Assembly: GCF_018350175.1 (NCBI RefSeq)
Contig: NC_058368.1
Span: 14,448,001-14,512,000, forward strand
Direction of reading: 5' to 3'
DNA: 64,000 nucleotides
DNA from: Felis catus
Lineage: Eukaryota
Position 1 is the first letter of the stretch; the number at the start of each line of letters is the position of its first letter. Below the pieces are notes generated by a model. That model worked only from the letters and a program-made list of their open reading frames with translations, was not told where the DNA came from and made no database searches. The position numbers and the translations under genes were made by a program. Shown here piece after piece: positions 49,641-62,165 of the stretch.

Positions 49641-51359
49641 AAATGTATCAGTCTTTCCATTTATAGCTGTCAGAGTTTGAGGGTCCTCATCAAGGAAAAA
49701 TTAGAGAAGTTTTTTGGCAATACTTGTAGTAACTTGAGGTTTTCTACATTCATGTTTAAATACACTGATCAAAGCGCACAGTATTTTTTTCCCTCTAAAA
49801 TAATACTTCATTTAGCAGGGAAGAATATGTTACCAAGAGCAATAATAGCTTTTCTAACTGGGTGTTAAAAACCTAAGCTTTTGATTTCTTATCCCCAAGC
49901 TGTTAAATAAAGCATTGGATATAAATTTAAGGAACTGCAGTTCCATTTGTGAAGAAAAGTATGTCTGCTGTATTTACTTAGATAATCGTTTAAGAAAGAA
50001 CTAGAATAGAGTAGATGGCTTTATTCTGTCTCTCTTTATTAAGATCATTCTCTTCCTGTGATAATGAATACAAGCTGGGCAGAGATGGAGTGTTGGTGAA
50101 GTGACCTTTCAGGAGCCAGTTCCCCTGAGTTAAGTCAGACTAGTTAGTTTTTTATTTATTTATTTTATTTCCCTTTTCTATAGTAGTCGTGGTAACACTG
50201 ACATTCAACTTACTGGAGTTCTTACACTAAGATTCCTTAATGCCTTCAAAAGTTGTTATATTACTTTTGAATAGCTATGTAGATGTCAGAAAAGGTAGCT
50301 GTGACAAAATGTCATTAAGGTGACATAGTGTAAATTAATACAGTTAATGGAGGTGCTCACCACTGACTCATTGACCCATTATGAGCTCTTGTGGAATTAA
50401 CGGATGCCAGGGCATCAATCTTTTGAAAAAAAGGGAAAAAAGAGATGGCAGCTTTAAAACCTTGCAGTGAATTATATTAGAAAAGTGAAAACGTCTGGGT
50501 TGGATTTGATTTCTCTAGGAAGCCATATAATGGTATGCTCTCTCAGCAAAATATATTAAACTGAAATGTCAGATTTGATGCAATAGGTATACAATTATGA
50601 TAGTGTTAATAGTGGTCTTCTATCACTCTAAGACATACTTTCAAGTCCAATTTCTCAGCAGCTTGAACTTGTCATAAGCTTGTAAATTAGAAATTGTGTT
50701 TGAGGATATTTTCTTATTATTGACAGAATGCATATAACACTATTAACTGTACCACGGGGCTTTAGTGTAGCTGTTAAAATAAACCAGAAATCACATTTAC
50801 AGACACATAATGCCTGTTATAATATTCATCTTGCCATTTCTTGAGTAATATTTGGTGTCTTTCTGTACTGTTTTTCATTTAGGAAATCTTAAGCTACTTG
50901 GACTCTTTCCTTAAAGAGAAGCTGATTAACAGAAACCTATCAAGGGGACGAGAGTAAACAGAAGAGCCTTTATGTGAAGTAGGCAAGATAGTGCCGAAAG
51001 TACCTCTGAAGGAGCACACTTAGAAGTTACGATAGTAGAGTTCATTCTTTTCGAATGGTTCTCCATAGTTTTTAAACATGCTTCTTGGTTAGTTATTTGA
51101 CACAGTCTTCAAAACATCCCTGTGAAATAGCTATCATGATTCTCATTTTGTAAAGAAGGTTCAGAGATATTAAGTGGCTTGCCTAAGTTCACACAGTGGG
51201 GAAGGAGGAAGCCAGAAGTAGCACGGAGGTCTATTCAGTTCTTTGCAGTGTGTATTCATTGGATAGCAGGCTGCCGTGATTTTCCTGCATATGATCATAT
51301 AACCACATCCAACCGCTTTAACTAGTTTGGGATAATTGGACCATCAAGGTTTACTTTAA

Positions 51360-51893
51360 TCATTTATTGCTGTGTAACAAAACACCCCAAACCTTAGTGC
51401 CTTAAAAAAAAAACTTACAACCCTTTATTTCCCCAGAGTTCTGCAGTCAGAATAGGGTTCATCATGTACAGCTTGTCTCTGGTTCACCTGGGGTCAACTA
51501 GGGTGGCTTGTCTAGGTCTGGAGGATTCAAGCTGACTTTACTCACTTATCTGTTGCTTTAGCAAGAATGGCTGGAACACTAGGGCCTGGCTGGTCCTCTT
51601 TCTTTACATAGTCTTTCTAAGAAAATCACACTTTTTTTCATGGGGGTTGCTACCAAAAGGTTGAAAAAAATGGGAACTGCAAGGCTACTTCATGCCTAGG
51701 GCTTAAAACTCCAATAGTGTTGGGGCACCTGGGTGACTCAGTCAGTTAAGCGTCCAACTCTTGATTTCAGGTCAGGTCATGATCTCATGGTTCCTGAGTT
51801 CAAGCCTCATGTTGGGTTCTGTGCTGACAGCATGGAGCCTGCTTGGGGTTCTCTCTACACTCCCCTCTCTCTGCCCCTCCCCCACTTGCACTG

Positions 51894-51942
<49 letters not shown>

Positions 51943-53823
51943 TTCAAAATAAATAAATAAACTTAAAAATAAAAAAAGTCACTTAGTGTTACCCCTATAG
52001 CATTCTGTTGGTCAAAACAAGTCACAGGACGAGCCCAAATGAACTTTGCTTCCTGGTGAGATAAGTAGTGAAGTCACATTACAAGAAGACATGGTGGTTA
52101 GAAGGATTTTTGTGACCATCTCTGCAAACAGTCTACTAAGGTCCTCTCTCTGATCACAGTTCACATTCCTCCTAAATGCAAAATATAATCAGCTTGTTAG
52201 CTACATCAGGCTCAAAATCTCGTATCTCATGGTCTATATTAGGTCCAGATACAGATAAGGTGGAGAAATTCCTAATTAGGATACCTGGAAACTAGAAATA
52301 CAGCTTTTCTGTCCCATGTACACTCAGCATATGATGGTGAGTCAGAAACAGGTGAAACTCAACAGACTCTGTTCCAAAGGAGGGGATGTGGGAGTTAGAT
52401 AGCAGTGGCTGGTTCATAGGGATTGCAGCCAGGCACGTGTGGTCAGTTTCCTAGACTGTGGGGATGGGTCCTCTGGGACCTTGGCTTCGCCCTCTGAATC
52501 AGTTTTCTTTTCCATAAGAGATAGCCCTTGTTTGCAGCTCAGTGGCTTTCTCTAAATGATTATAGAAAGTTGGGACCAGGTCACCTTCAGCCTCCTTTAA
52601 AATTCTGTGCACTTGGTATATATCAAATTATAGTTCATTATTAGGAAAAAGCTTTCACTCAAAACTCATTTTGAGATAGGATCCTTTCTACTTCTGCACA
52701 TGAGTTAAGATGCTATTTATAATGCCCTTAAGATCCTTAGAATCCCTCTGTGTAGCTGAATTAATTGGTCTACACTCCACCACCTTGAATTTTGCTGAGC
52801 TCGGGTATAAGGTGGGATACAGCCACGCCCTTTCCCCTCTGGCCATATTTGATTTGCAGCACTTTGTAATGGACCTTTGTTCTGAACCTGTTTCTTATTT
52901 TGAGAATCTTTTGGCATCAGAATACATTGTCCTAGGCCCTTATATCTCCCCTAAATATTGCTTTAAAACTGAGCTGTTTCTTCCTTAGCTCAGAATACCT
53001 TATCCATAGACCATTCAAAGAAGCCAGTGGCCACTTTCAGCATTCTGCCTGCAAATCTCCTAAACCAGAGCACAAGTTCATTAGATACTTTTTCTCTTAT
53101 TTTTGAAATTATTGCAAGAAACAGTCTTGTTAATTTTCCACCACCATGTAACACCGGTTGCTTTTCTTCTGCTTGCTGATTGATCTTCCAGACTCTACCC
53201 AGTCTCCTCACGGCCTTCGCAGCCTCTGTCTCCTTCCCGGTCCTGATGCCAGTGCCATGTTTGAGTTTTTATTACTTCGCACTCCACTCCCAGGCATCAA
53301 TTTCAGTCTCCATTATCTATTACTGTGGAAAAAAGCACCCCAAAACTTCGTTTTAAAACCACAGCAAGTATTTATTTGTTGACAGTTATGCATTTGGAGT
53401 TAAGGCCCAGCAAGGATTGCTCACCGCTGTGCTCCCCGGCAACAGCTGGAGGGAAAGGGCCGGGCCACAGAACCCATCGTGGCTTCACGCACATATTCCG
53501 TCGCCCATCTGAGCTTGCTGGAATAGCTCGGACTGTCCACACATGTCTGTCCCTTTCTACGATCACTCCAGCAAGGGGGCCACACTACTTTCTGTGATGG
53601 TCAGCTTCTAAGTGGATAAAAACAGAAGTTACAGGGCCTCTGAGGTCTTAGGGTTCTCTAGAAGCCCTACAGTGTCATTTTTTCACATTCTGTGTGTCGA
53701 AATGTGCCTGCCCATATTCCAAGGGAGAAAAAGTAGACTCCTACCACTTTATGGGATGAATGGGAAAGTGGAAATGCCAAAGAGGACACAGAGGACATGG
53801 AGAGGTCTTTGAAAAAGTTCTAC
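51360..53823 (-). mobile_element. MaLR (MLT1-type) element with LTR-internal-LTR layout
   Basis: LTR-like starts ttattgctgtgtaacaaaacaccccaaaccttagt (about 51363) and tattactgtggaaaaaagcaccccaaaacttcg (about 53318). Internal-region boundary motif actccactcccaggcatcaatttc precedes the second LTR. Confidence 0.65.
51722..51976 (+). mobile_element. CanSINE inserted in the MLT1 LTR
   Basis: Head, (CT)n, tail; tagtgtt on both flanks. Confidence 0.94.
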
Positions 53824-54169
53824 AAGCAACTAATTTTAAGAAGTTAGAAGTTCTAGTTTGGTTTATACCGTTCAGTTCAATCTGATCGTGCATTTAGACA
53901 AAGCAAAAATCTGAAGTGCAAATAACTTATGAAAATATGTCTGATTAGGCTAGTAGGTAAGATACAAGATTGTATGTTTGATAAAAACATTTTAGTCATC
54001 TGAATTGTCTACATAGGTATGCATTCAAACAAACACCCAAAGTGACAGCTTTGTTACTGGTTACAGTATGTGCTTTGGTACTGGGGCAAACTCAGCAGCA
54101 ATATTTTTGATCTGCATGGAAAAAAAGTTGATAGAATAAATAGTCTCTATAATATATTTTGCATAAAGC

Positions 54170-54360
54170 TATTAAATGCATTGTTTTACACACTGTCCCC
54201 ATTTAATCCTCACATCTACCCTGTGAGTTAATTACTATTATCATCACAATTTTGCATATTGAAGAAACTGATTTTTTTTCCAAAAGGTTAAGAAACTTAC
54301 CCAAGCTAGCAGGAAGTCCAGATTTAGACTCAGATCTACTTGATCCTGATGCACATAAAG
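54170..54360 (-). mobile_element. MIR
   Basis: catttaatcctcacatctaccctgtgag...gaagaaactga...ttacccaag. Confidence 0.75.
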
Positions 54361-54701
54361 TAACACTTCCTTGCTAGAAGAAAAGATAATCCCCAAACTG
54401 CCTGCCCACCCCTTTTCCCCCTTATCTTCAACTAACTGGTCATCCTAAGTACCCCTGCATTAACCAACACAGCCTGAAAACCAGGCCTTCAATATTGTTT
54501 TTATCACTCTTTCATGCCTGAAATTCAGGAGATGATAAACATATAGCAATAATTGATTCATTTTTTTTATCTCGCACATTTGTATTGAGTATCTATTATG
54601 TACTAGGCACCATTCCTACCAACTGAGTGGTGTGAACCAGAGAGCAAACTGGACAATGATTCCTACCGTCATGGGAGTCCCAGTATAGTGGGACACAGGA
54701 G

Positions 54702-54704
<3 letters not shown>

Positions 54705-54752
<48 letters not shown>

Positions 54753-54761
54753 TATATATAT
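54705..54761. repeat. (TA)n microsatellite within an L2 relic
   Basis: Read directly. Confidence 0.93.
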
Positions 54762-54859
54762 AAAGAAAATCAGCATCGCTATGCAGAAAATCAAAACAGA
54801 ATGAAGTCCCTACAGAATGACTGGGTTGCTGCTTCAGAAGGCAAAATAGAGAATATATG

Positions 54860-55090
54860 AGCAGAGACCCTGGATTTAAAGTGTTTGATTTTGATTTCTG
54901 GCTTTACCACCTATTTCCACTGTAATCATTAGCAAATTACTTACCTTCTCTTTGCCTCAGTTTTCATGTCTAAAAAGTGGGAAGAATGGGAATGCCTATC
55001 TCATGAAATTTTGCCAAGATTAAGAAAATATACGTAAAGCACTTAGAACAGTACCAAGATATAGTATGGTACAAATAAATTCTGCCTGCT
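54860..55090 (+). mobile_element. MIR
   Basis: gcaaattacttaccttctctttgcctcagtttttcatgtctaaaa...gtaaagcacttagaacagt. Confidence 0.78.
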
Positions 55091-57057
55091 GTTTTAAGAT
55101 TGAACGACCAGAGGTAACATTTCAGCTGATTTCTTGTCTTGAAGCCAAGATACAATCATGGCCATCTTCTTGGATATAACAGCTGAGTCTCAGAGATGAA
55201 ACTCTTCTTATTCTTTAGGTTTTTCTTTTTTAATAATCAAACCTTCTAAATTATATACACATGAATATAAATTATATACTATTGTCCTGCATTTATATGC
55301 TAACATTACATTTTAAAATGCTATTTGAAACAAGGTTTTTTTTAGTCTTTTAATTTTAAAAATTAAAAATTAAATGGAGACATAAACATTTACACTCACT
55401 CTGCTGCTTTAGCAACTTCTTCCTAGACTTCGTGAGTTCACTCTCTACCTTCCTCTTCGGGAAAACAAACAAACAAACAAACAAACAAAAATCCCCAAAC
55501 CTCCCCAGCTCAGGACTTCAGGCTCAGTCACATATAGCTCTGGTCTTTTGAAGCTTTTAGGGGCCTCGCAATTAAGCTGAGCTCCAGGAATTTCTTTATA
55601 TCTGCCTTAAAAATGTGTCTGTTTGTGGCTGTTCCCTCTATTCAAAATCTGAAAGCATTTCTTCCACTCTTCAAACCCTCAAATCAGGCTTCTAACAGCT
55701 TAGTCCAGCATCTCAGTGAACACCCTAATTAGTGATCACAGTCTGATGGTTCAGATGAGGACTGGAGTGGAGGACATGGCCTTCTTGAAGGGATGGTCTG
55801 GAAGGATCATCTGGAAGGCCCTAGTAATGCTACCTTTTCATATAACTGGCCTTGCCTTCCCTGAATGTTCCTGATGAAATACTGAACTCGTCCTCCTGAC
55901 TTCCTGTGTAACCATCAGGGCAGAACTTTCTTGGCCCTGCTTCGCTGCTTCTCCTTGGTGGCAGCCAGCTTTTAGCCCCTTCTTATGCCAGAGAGTTTAA
56001 ATTAAAATGAAGTAGGTCTTGTTTCTTCCACTTCTGTATTTGGGGTACAATTTTGTCAGCAACTTTACAATGAAATTTTTCTGTATTTTAAAGTGAACAC
56101 TTTTATGCTGCTAAACCTCTTATACATAACTAAGCTAAGCAAGATCATGTTTTCTAAGCTGCAAACATTGCCCCTCAAAGGGTACAAATGTTATTTTGGG
56201 GGTTCATCCTTCTTCTTTTATATAATAAAGTCCTTCACTGGCTCCTTTCCAATCTTGAGGCATTCCTCCAACCATCTGCATATTCCCCAGAAGATTTCTA
56301 GTGATATTAAAATAACTTTACCTAATATCTTCATCAATAGCTTAATATTTAATGAGCACCTGCTACATGTAAAGTATAACACCAAGAGCTACGAGGGATC
56401 AACAAAGTATAAACCTTGTAATATCAGGCTTGAAAAGCTGCTTTGCCCAAACTTTTATTAATATAAAATCCTAGGGCTTTGTTGCCTTTGTGAATCTAGT
56501 TTAATGACATTCAGGAAAATAGTATTATAGTGGTAAATAGGTTAATAATAACCAGACAGTTTATGTGACCCTAAACCACAGGGGGGAAAAATGGAAATAA
56601 TATATTTGGAAAACATTACGAAGCACCAAGACAGGTGAAGATAAATTAAGACTCTTTGGGCTGTTTAAATAAAAAATAAATTTATGTTGCTTTATCCATG
56701 TGGCTATATCTCTCTGTCCTCAAGGAAGCTTATATAGTCTAGTTCTGGAGATAAGACATGAACACAAATAACTGATGAAAGGCAGTAAGGGAAATCCCTG
56801 ACTTATGTGAGCCTACTACATATAAATCACCCTGCAGAGAGAGCGACTGCGTGATCTTACATTCTTTTCCCCCTTTTGGAACGCTATTGCTGTTCCATGT
56901 CAGAGAAAGAATGGGTAATGCCCAAACAGCCATATTCTTAACTTTTTCTACATCCTTTACTAATTGTCCGTGTTTTCCCAAACTGCGAGAGTAAGGTCAA
57001 AAGAATATCGTTAAGCTTTACCTTAATGCATTGAAATGAGAAGTTAATAATTATTGT

Positions 57058-57400
57058 TTTGGTCAGCTCTGGCAGCTATATTTTTACCATAAGCTAGGGA
57101 ACTTATAAAGAACAGAAATGTATTTCTCACAGTTGTAGAGGCTGGAGGTCCAAAGCTAAGGTGCCCACATGATCAGGTTCAGTGTCTGGTGAGCACCTGC
57201 TTCCTGCTTCACAGACAGGCATTGTCTTGCTGTGTCTTCACGTGGCCAAGAGACAGGCTCCCTCAAGACCCCTTTCAGGACACTACTCCCATTCCTGAGG
57301 GCTCCACATCTAATTCTAATTACCTTCCAAAGACTCCGCCTCCTAATGCCAGCATAGAGGACAGAGTTTCAACCTTTGCATTTTAGAAACATCAGATCAT
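57058..57400 (-). mobile_element. MLT1A-like solo LTR (MaLR)
   Basis: aacagaaatgtatttctcacagttgtagaggctggaggtccaa...ttgctgtgtcttcacgtgg...taattaccttccaaagactccgcctcctaat. Confidence 0.82.
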
Positions 57401-59782
57401 CATGATTATGCACTTCTGATTGCATACAGACCAATGAGAATGGTAATGATGCTTTGCTTCTACCTTCTAATCAGTGATCACACACCTTTACCAGATTGCT
57501 CCTTCAAAGCAATATAATATACACCATCAGTGTGTACCCAGTCCAGAAATCAGCTGATTAGTCATTGCTGATAGAATATTTCTGAATCAGTGTTTAGCTC
57601 TTGTGTTACCCACTAACTAAACTGTATCACGATTTGCAAATAGGATGTTTGTTTACCTGTTAGTTTTTTTTTTTCAGCCGCTTCTCAGTTTCCCCTTTTA
57701 CATACAGTTCACTGAAAATGTACATTAATTTATGTTAATTTCACCATAATTCTCCTTCCCCACACTTTCTTGTGGCCTTGAAGTTGTGTAGTTTGTTGTT
57801 AATGAATGACTGTCTTGCGGTGTGAACCACCTAATTCCCTCTGTTCTTTGCAGGCCCATCCTCACCTCTGTCACAGGTTACCCTCCCTGCTGAAATCCCA
57901 CAGTCACCACAAGTCACACTTGCCCTTCCCCCTTCCCTCCTGTTCTGCTTGCTGCTTCTGGTTCCCCTTCTCCCCACATATGCACAGATGCCCAGTCTCT
58001 GTCCTCTGCAGTCCAACCTTTATGTTGCCACCCAATGTCTTGTTACAAAACAAATCTGCCCAATAACACAAGATCCAAACAGCTTAGCTTGGCATAAAAC
58101 TTCCTTCATCATCTGGCCCCATATAACTCTTACCATCCCACCTCCCCCATCTTCACCTACCCCCCCCATATGTCCTATTCTCCACCCACACTCAGTCCTT
58201 ACCCCTTCTTGATTATACTTCCTGATGGTCCCCTGCCCCCTCCCACTGCCTTTATCTTAGCCAGAGCCAAATTCAACTGTCTGGTCTCGAGCGAAGTCTC
58301 TCCTGACTTGCCCTGCGTTGTCTGCCTTCTCCTCTGTGCTTCCTTGTACTTGGTTTCTACTCCTCTCAAGCAGTTATTATTGTGTATTACAACCATCTGT
58401 TTGTGTATTTACCCCACAGAGCGGATTATAAATTACTTGAAATAAAACCATGTCTTGTTCACTTTTTTCTTCCCTTGTACCTGTCGCAGTGCCCTGTACC
58501 CAAACTTTATTGTGTTTTATGTTTTTTACAGCTCACATTTATCATCATCAGAATGGATAATAATCAAATTCTCACAGAGCATTACTAAAATAAACACCTA
58601 CTTAGGCCATAATAGACAAATGTTGATTTCAGCAGGAGAACCCATAAAGAGAAAGCTTTTGTGTATGCTGTTCTTAGAAAGTTAATAATTTGATTTATTT
58701 GAAGATATCAGCGTCTGGTGTTTTGGGATTTTTGTTTCTTTGTTTTTTTAATTTTTCTATGAATCTCTAGAGAAGACCACAGGAAGAGTTGAATTTCAGG
58801 TACTACATTATCAGTGTAGATCATATTACATAAATAAATGTTATTATGCTTTTCACGATATAAGGTTAATTTAACCTTCATCTTGATATTTGAAAAGATT
58901 GTTGTTGATTATGATATAGATGCTGTACATAAAAACTACAGCGGTTTATGTTTTTTTGGTTTTGTTTGCATTTTCTCCCAGTTACTTAAAAAACTGACAA
59001 CAAAAAAACATTTCTAGGGTCATAAGAACAGTTCATTTCCATATCTGATTTGTTCTAAAGGAACATAAACCTCATATTAGACATTGTGCATCAAACACGA
59101 GTTTGCTTGAATTGTGTTGTTCACGCCATCTTTATATACAAATAACACAAGATGTCTTTGGATCCAGTTTATTAAGAAGTTACCATCCAGGTGCCACGTG
59201 TTAAACATTTAAAACTTATTGTCATGTTGTATATCATCTCTTCGTTGTGCTTAGTGATAGGTACAAAAGTAATTGTGCCAAATTATAAAATAAAACTATG
59301 AATCATTTTATAAAAAAATATGTAGCATAATTGACAGTGTGATCAAAAAGAAAAGTAGAAGATATTACATGATTTTTAACCATTATTGGCAACAACTTTT
59401 TTTAATTTGAGTATTAATAATATTCAGAAAAGGTTGTTGAGCGTCATAGACTTGTAGATATAGCTTTACATATTGGTTTGATAACACTACTAGGAACTAT
59501 TGTTGATTCTGTAACCCTTTTAACTAATTGTAGCAAGATAAGATTGAAAGTCTTATAAATTATCAAATAAAATGTTCAAGAAAAATATTGCTCTTCTCCT
59601 TTCTTCACCTCTCTTCCTTCTCTTCCTCTCATCTAAAGAAAATCAAATACAGAATTGAATTAAATAATAAACTATTGGATTTAAAGAAAGAATTTAATTC
59701 GGTTTATAGTTAACAAGTTATAATAGTTTTATTCAACTCACTTTTAAAGTGATTTAATATGTCACATTTTTCTTCCTGGCAG

Positions 59783-59935
59783 GAACTAATTCCAGAGTTC
59801 TATTACCTACCAGAGATGTTTGTCAACAGTAATGGGTACAATCTTGGAGTCAGAGAAGATGAAGTTGTGGTAAATGACGTTGGTCTTCCCCCTTGGGCAA
59901 AAAAACCTGAAGACTTTGTACGGATCAACAGGATG
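59783..59935 (+). CDS. NBEA: NBEA coding exon (153 nt, phase 0->0): [51 protein letters not shown]
   Basis: Acceptor tttttcttcctggcag; donor gtaaga. Contains DVK|ELIPEFY and LPPWA BEACH motifs. Confidence 0.97.
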
Positions 59936-60720
59936 GTAAGAGAGACTTTGTTTTTGCTTGAGCAGTCCTCAAGAAGTGAAAATACTCTGTTGTTTTATTT
60001 TGTTTCCAACTATTTAGCAAATTGTCTTTTAACATCTGTAAACACAAGGTTAAAATTTTAAGGAAGAAAAGGCAAGCATTTTACTATTGTCTTTTGACAT
60101 CGTTCTTTATTGTGGAGTGGATTTTCCTTTCATGAAGACTAATAAAGGAATGGTAATTCTGTTATATTTGCTCCCTTAGGAGAAGATAATCAGATGAGCA
60201 TCTGTTGACTAATATAAGATATTCTAAAATGCTTGAAATAAATGGCCATTTCTTATTTTCGTCTACCGGCTAAATCTGTACTCTTTTTTGACTCCTAAAA
60301 TATTCAAAAGCAAATAATTTACATTGAGAATATATTTGTATGCAGGAAATTATAAGTTATGAAACATATCTTAAAATATAATATACTTGTCTTTAAGAGA
60401 ACATCTAGTGAACATTCATAGATTGAAAATATCATTACTTTTTTAAATCTATAGGACAGATACCTGGTTGTTCAGATAGAAAATGTGTAAATAGGGAAAA
60501 AATGTATAAATAGGAAAAAAATGTATATAGAATGTTTGCATGTGGGAACTTTATAGCTTTTGGTATATTTTTATCCATTATTTAAGGAGATTTTAATCTC
60601 AATGTGGCTACGATATATGGAAATGAACTACATTACCAAACAACCTCCCTAGTGTACTATTATTCTTGGTAAAGTGAGGAATTATACTAAAAAAGCCAGT
60701 GACCCAAAATATGTATATAC

Positions 60721-60945
60721 TTTTTAATATTTTTAAGTTTATTTATTATTTATTTTTGGGGGGAGACAGGGGCAGCATGAGCGGGGAGGGGCAGCAAGAG
60801 AGGGAGAGAGAGAATCCCAAGCAGGCTCTGTGCTGTCAGTGCAGAGCCCAATGCGGGGCTTGAACTCACAAACCATGAGATCATGACCTGAGCAGAAACC
60901 AGAGTCAGATGCTTAACTGACTGAGCCACCCAGGTGGCACCCCCC
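60721..60945 (-). mobile_element. CanSINE, antisense
   Basis: T tail; gagatcatgacctgagc; gagccacccagg. Confidence 0.93.
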
Positions 60946-61099
60946 AAAAGTATTTTTTTAACCCTGTTTCACTCACTCCCAATTTTTTCCAACTGTCTTA
61001 TAAATGTATTTTATTTTGCTTTTACACCTTATTTATACGAATCAGAATCCAAATAAAGTCCACATTTGCAATGGAGTTCACATAGTCCTTAGTCCATTC

Positions 61100-61400
61100 T
61101 TTTAGTAAGACTTACATAATTCACATATGTCAGGCAGAGAGAATTCACTTACTGTACAGTTCACCCACGTAGCATAAAAAAATAAATGGATTTTAATTTT
61201 TTTACAGAGTTGTGCAAACATCACCACAATCAATTATGAACATTTTTATCACCCCATAAATAAACCCAGAACCTTCAGTATCTTCCACCATTTTCCCCAG
61301 CCAACCCTATGCACTACTAACCTACTTTCTGTCTCTACACATTTACTTATTCTGGACATTTCACATAAACAGGATCAGATTATATGTGGTTCCTGCCTCT
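61100..61400 (-). mobile_element. Old L1 3' end fragment, antisense
   Basis: acagagttgtgcaaacatcaccacaatc...ctactttctgtctcta...ttctggacatttcacataaa. Confidence 0.75.
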
Positions 61401-61490
61401 ACCCCCTGATTTTGTATGTGTATGTCTCTCTTTTTCTTTTTGTGGACTTCACTGTCAGTCACATGATCCCCTCAATTTGGAGCTATATTT

Positions 61491-61704
61491 CTTTTTTTTT
61501 TTTAATGTTTATTTCTTTTTGAGAGAGAGAGGGTGTGTGAGCAGGGGAGGGGCAGAGAGACAGGGAGACACAGAATCTGAAGCAGGTTCCAGGCTCTGAG
61601 CTGTCAGCACAGAGCCTGATGTGGGGATCGAACCCGTGAACTGTGTGAGATCATGACCTAGGCCGAAGTCAGACACTTAACTGACTAAGCCACCCAGGCA
61701 CTCC
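61491..61704 (-). mobile_element. CanSINE (SINEC_Fc-type), antisense
   Basis: T tail; ends gccacccaggcactcc. Confidence 0.94.
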
Positions 61705-61737
61705 ATATATTTTCTTTCTTTAAGAAATACTTTACCA

Positions 61738-61944
61738 GGGCACCTGAGTGGCTCAATTGGTTAAGTATCCAACCTCAGCTTAGGTCATGATCTCACAGTT
61801 CATGGGTTTGAGCCCCATGTGGGGCTCTGTGCCTGGAGCCTGCTTCAGATTCTGCCTCCCTCTGTCTCTCTGCCCCTTCCCCACTCATACTCTGTCTCTC
61901 TCTCACACACAAAAATAAGATAAAACGTAAAAAAAAATTTTTTT
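61738..61944 (+). mobile_element. CanSINE with small internal deletion
   Basis: TSD taagaaata(c/t)tttac at 61721 and 61945. Confidence 0.92.
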
Positions 61945-61963
61945 TAAGAAATATTTTACTTTT

Positions 61964-62165
61964 GGGCTGCCTGGGTGGCTCTGTCTGTTCAGTGTCCAAC
62001 TCTCGATTTCAGCTCGGGTCATGATCTCACGGTTCGTGACTTCAAACCCTACGTTGGGCTCAGTGCTGCTGGTGCAGAGCCTGCTTGGGGTTCTCTCTGT
62101 CTCTCCCTTTCTTTCTGTCCCTTCCCTGCGTTCTCTCTCTCTTAAAGAAACTTAAAAAAAATTTA
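61964..62165 (+). mobile_element. CanSINE
   Basis: Exact 18-bp TSD aagaaatattttactttt at 61946-61963 and 62166-62183. Confidence 0.93.

Noticed and set aside
59255..59280. MADE1/mir-548-like terminal sequence ggtacaaaagtaattg
   Set aside because: Only a short partial match with no second inverted terminus.
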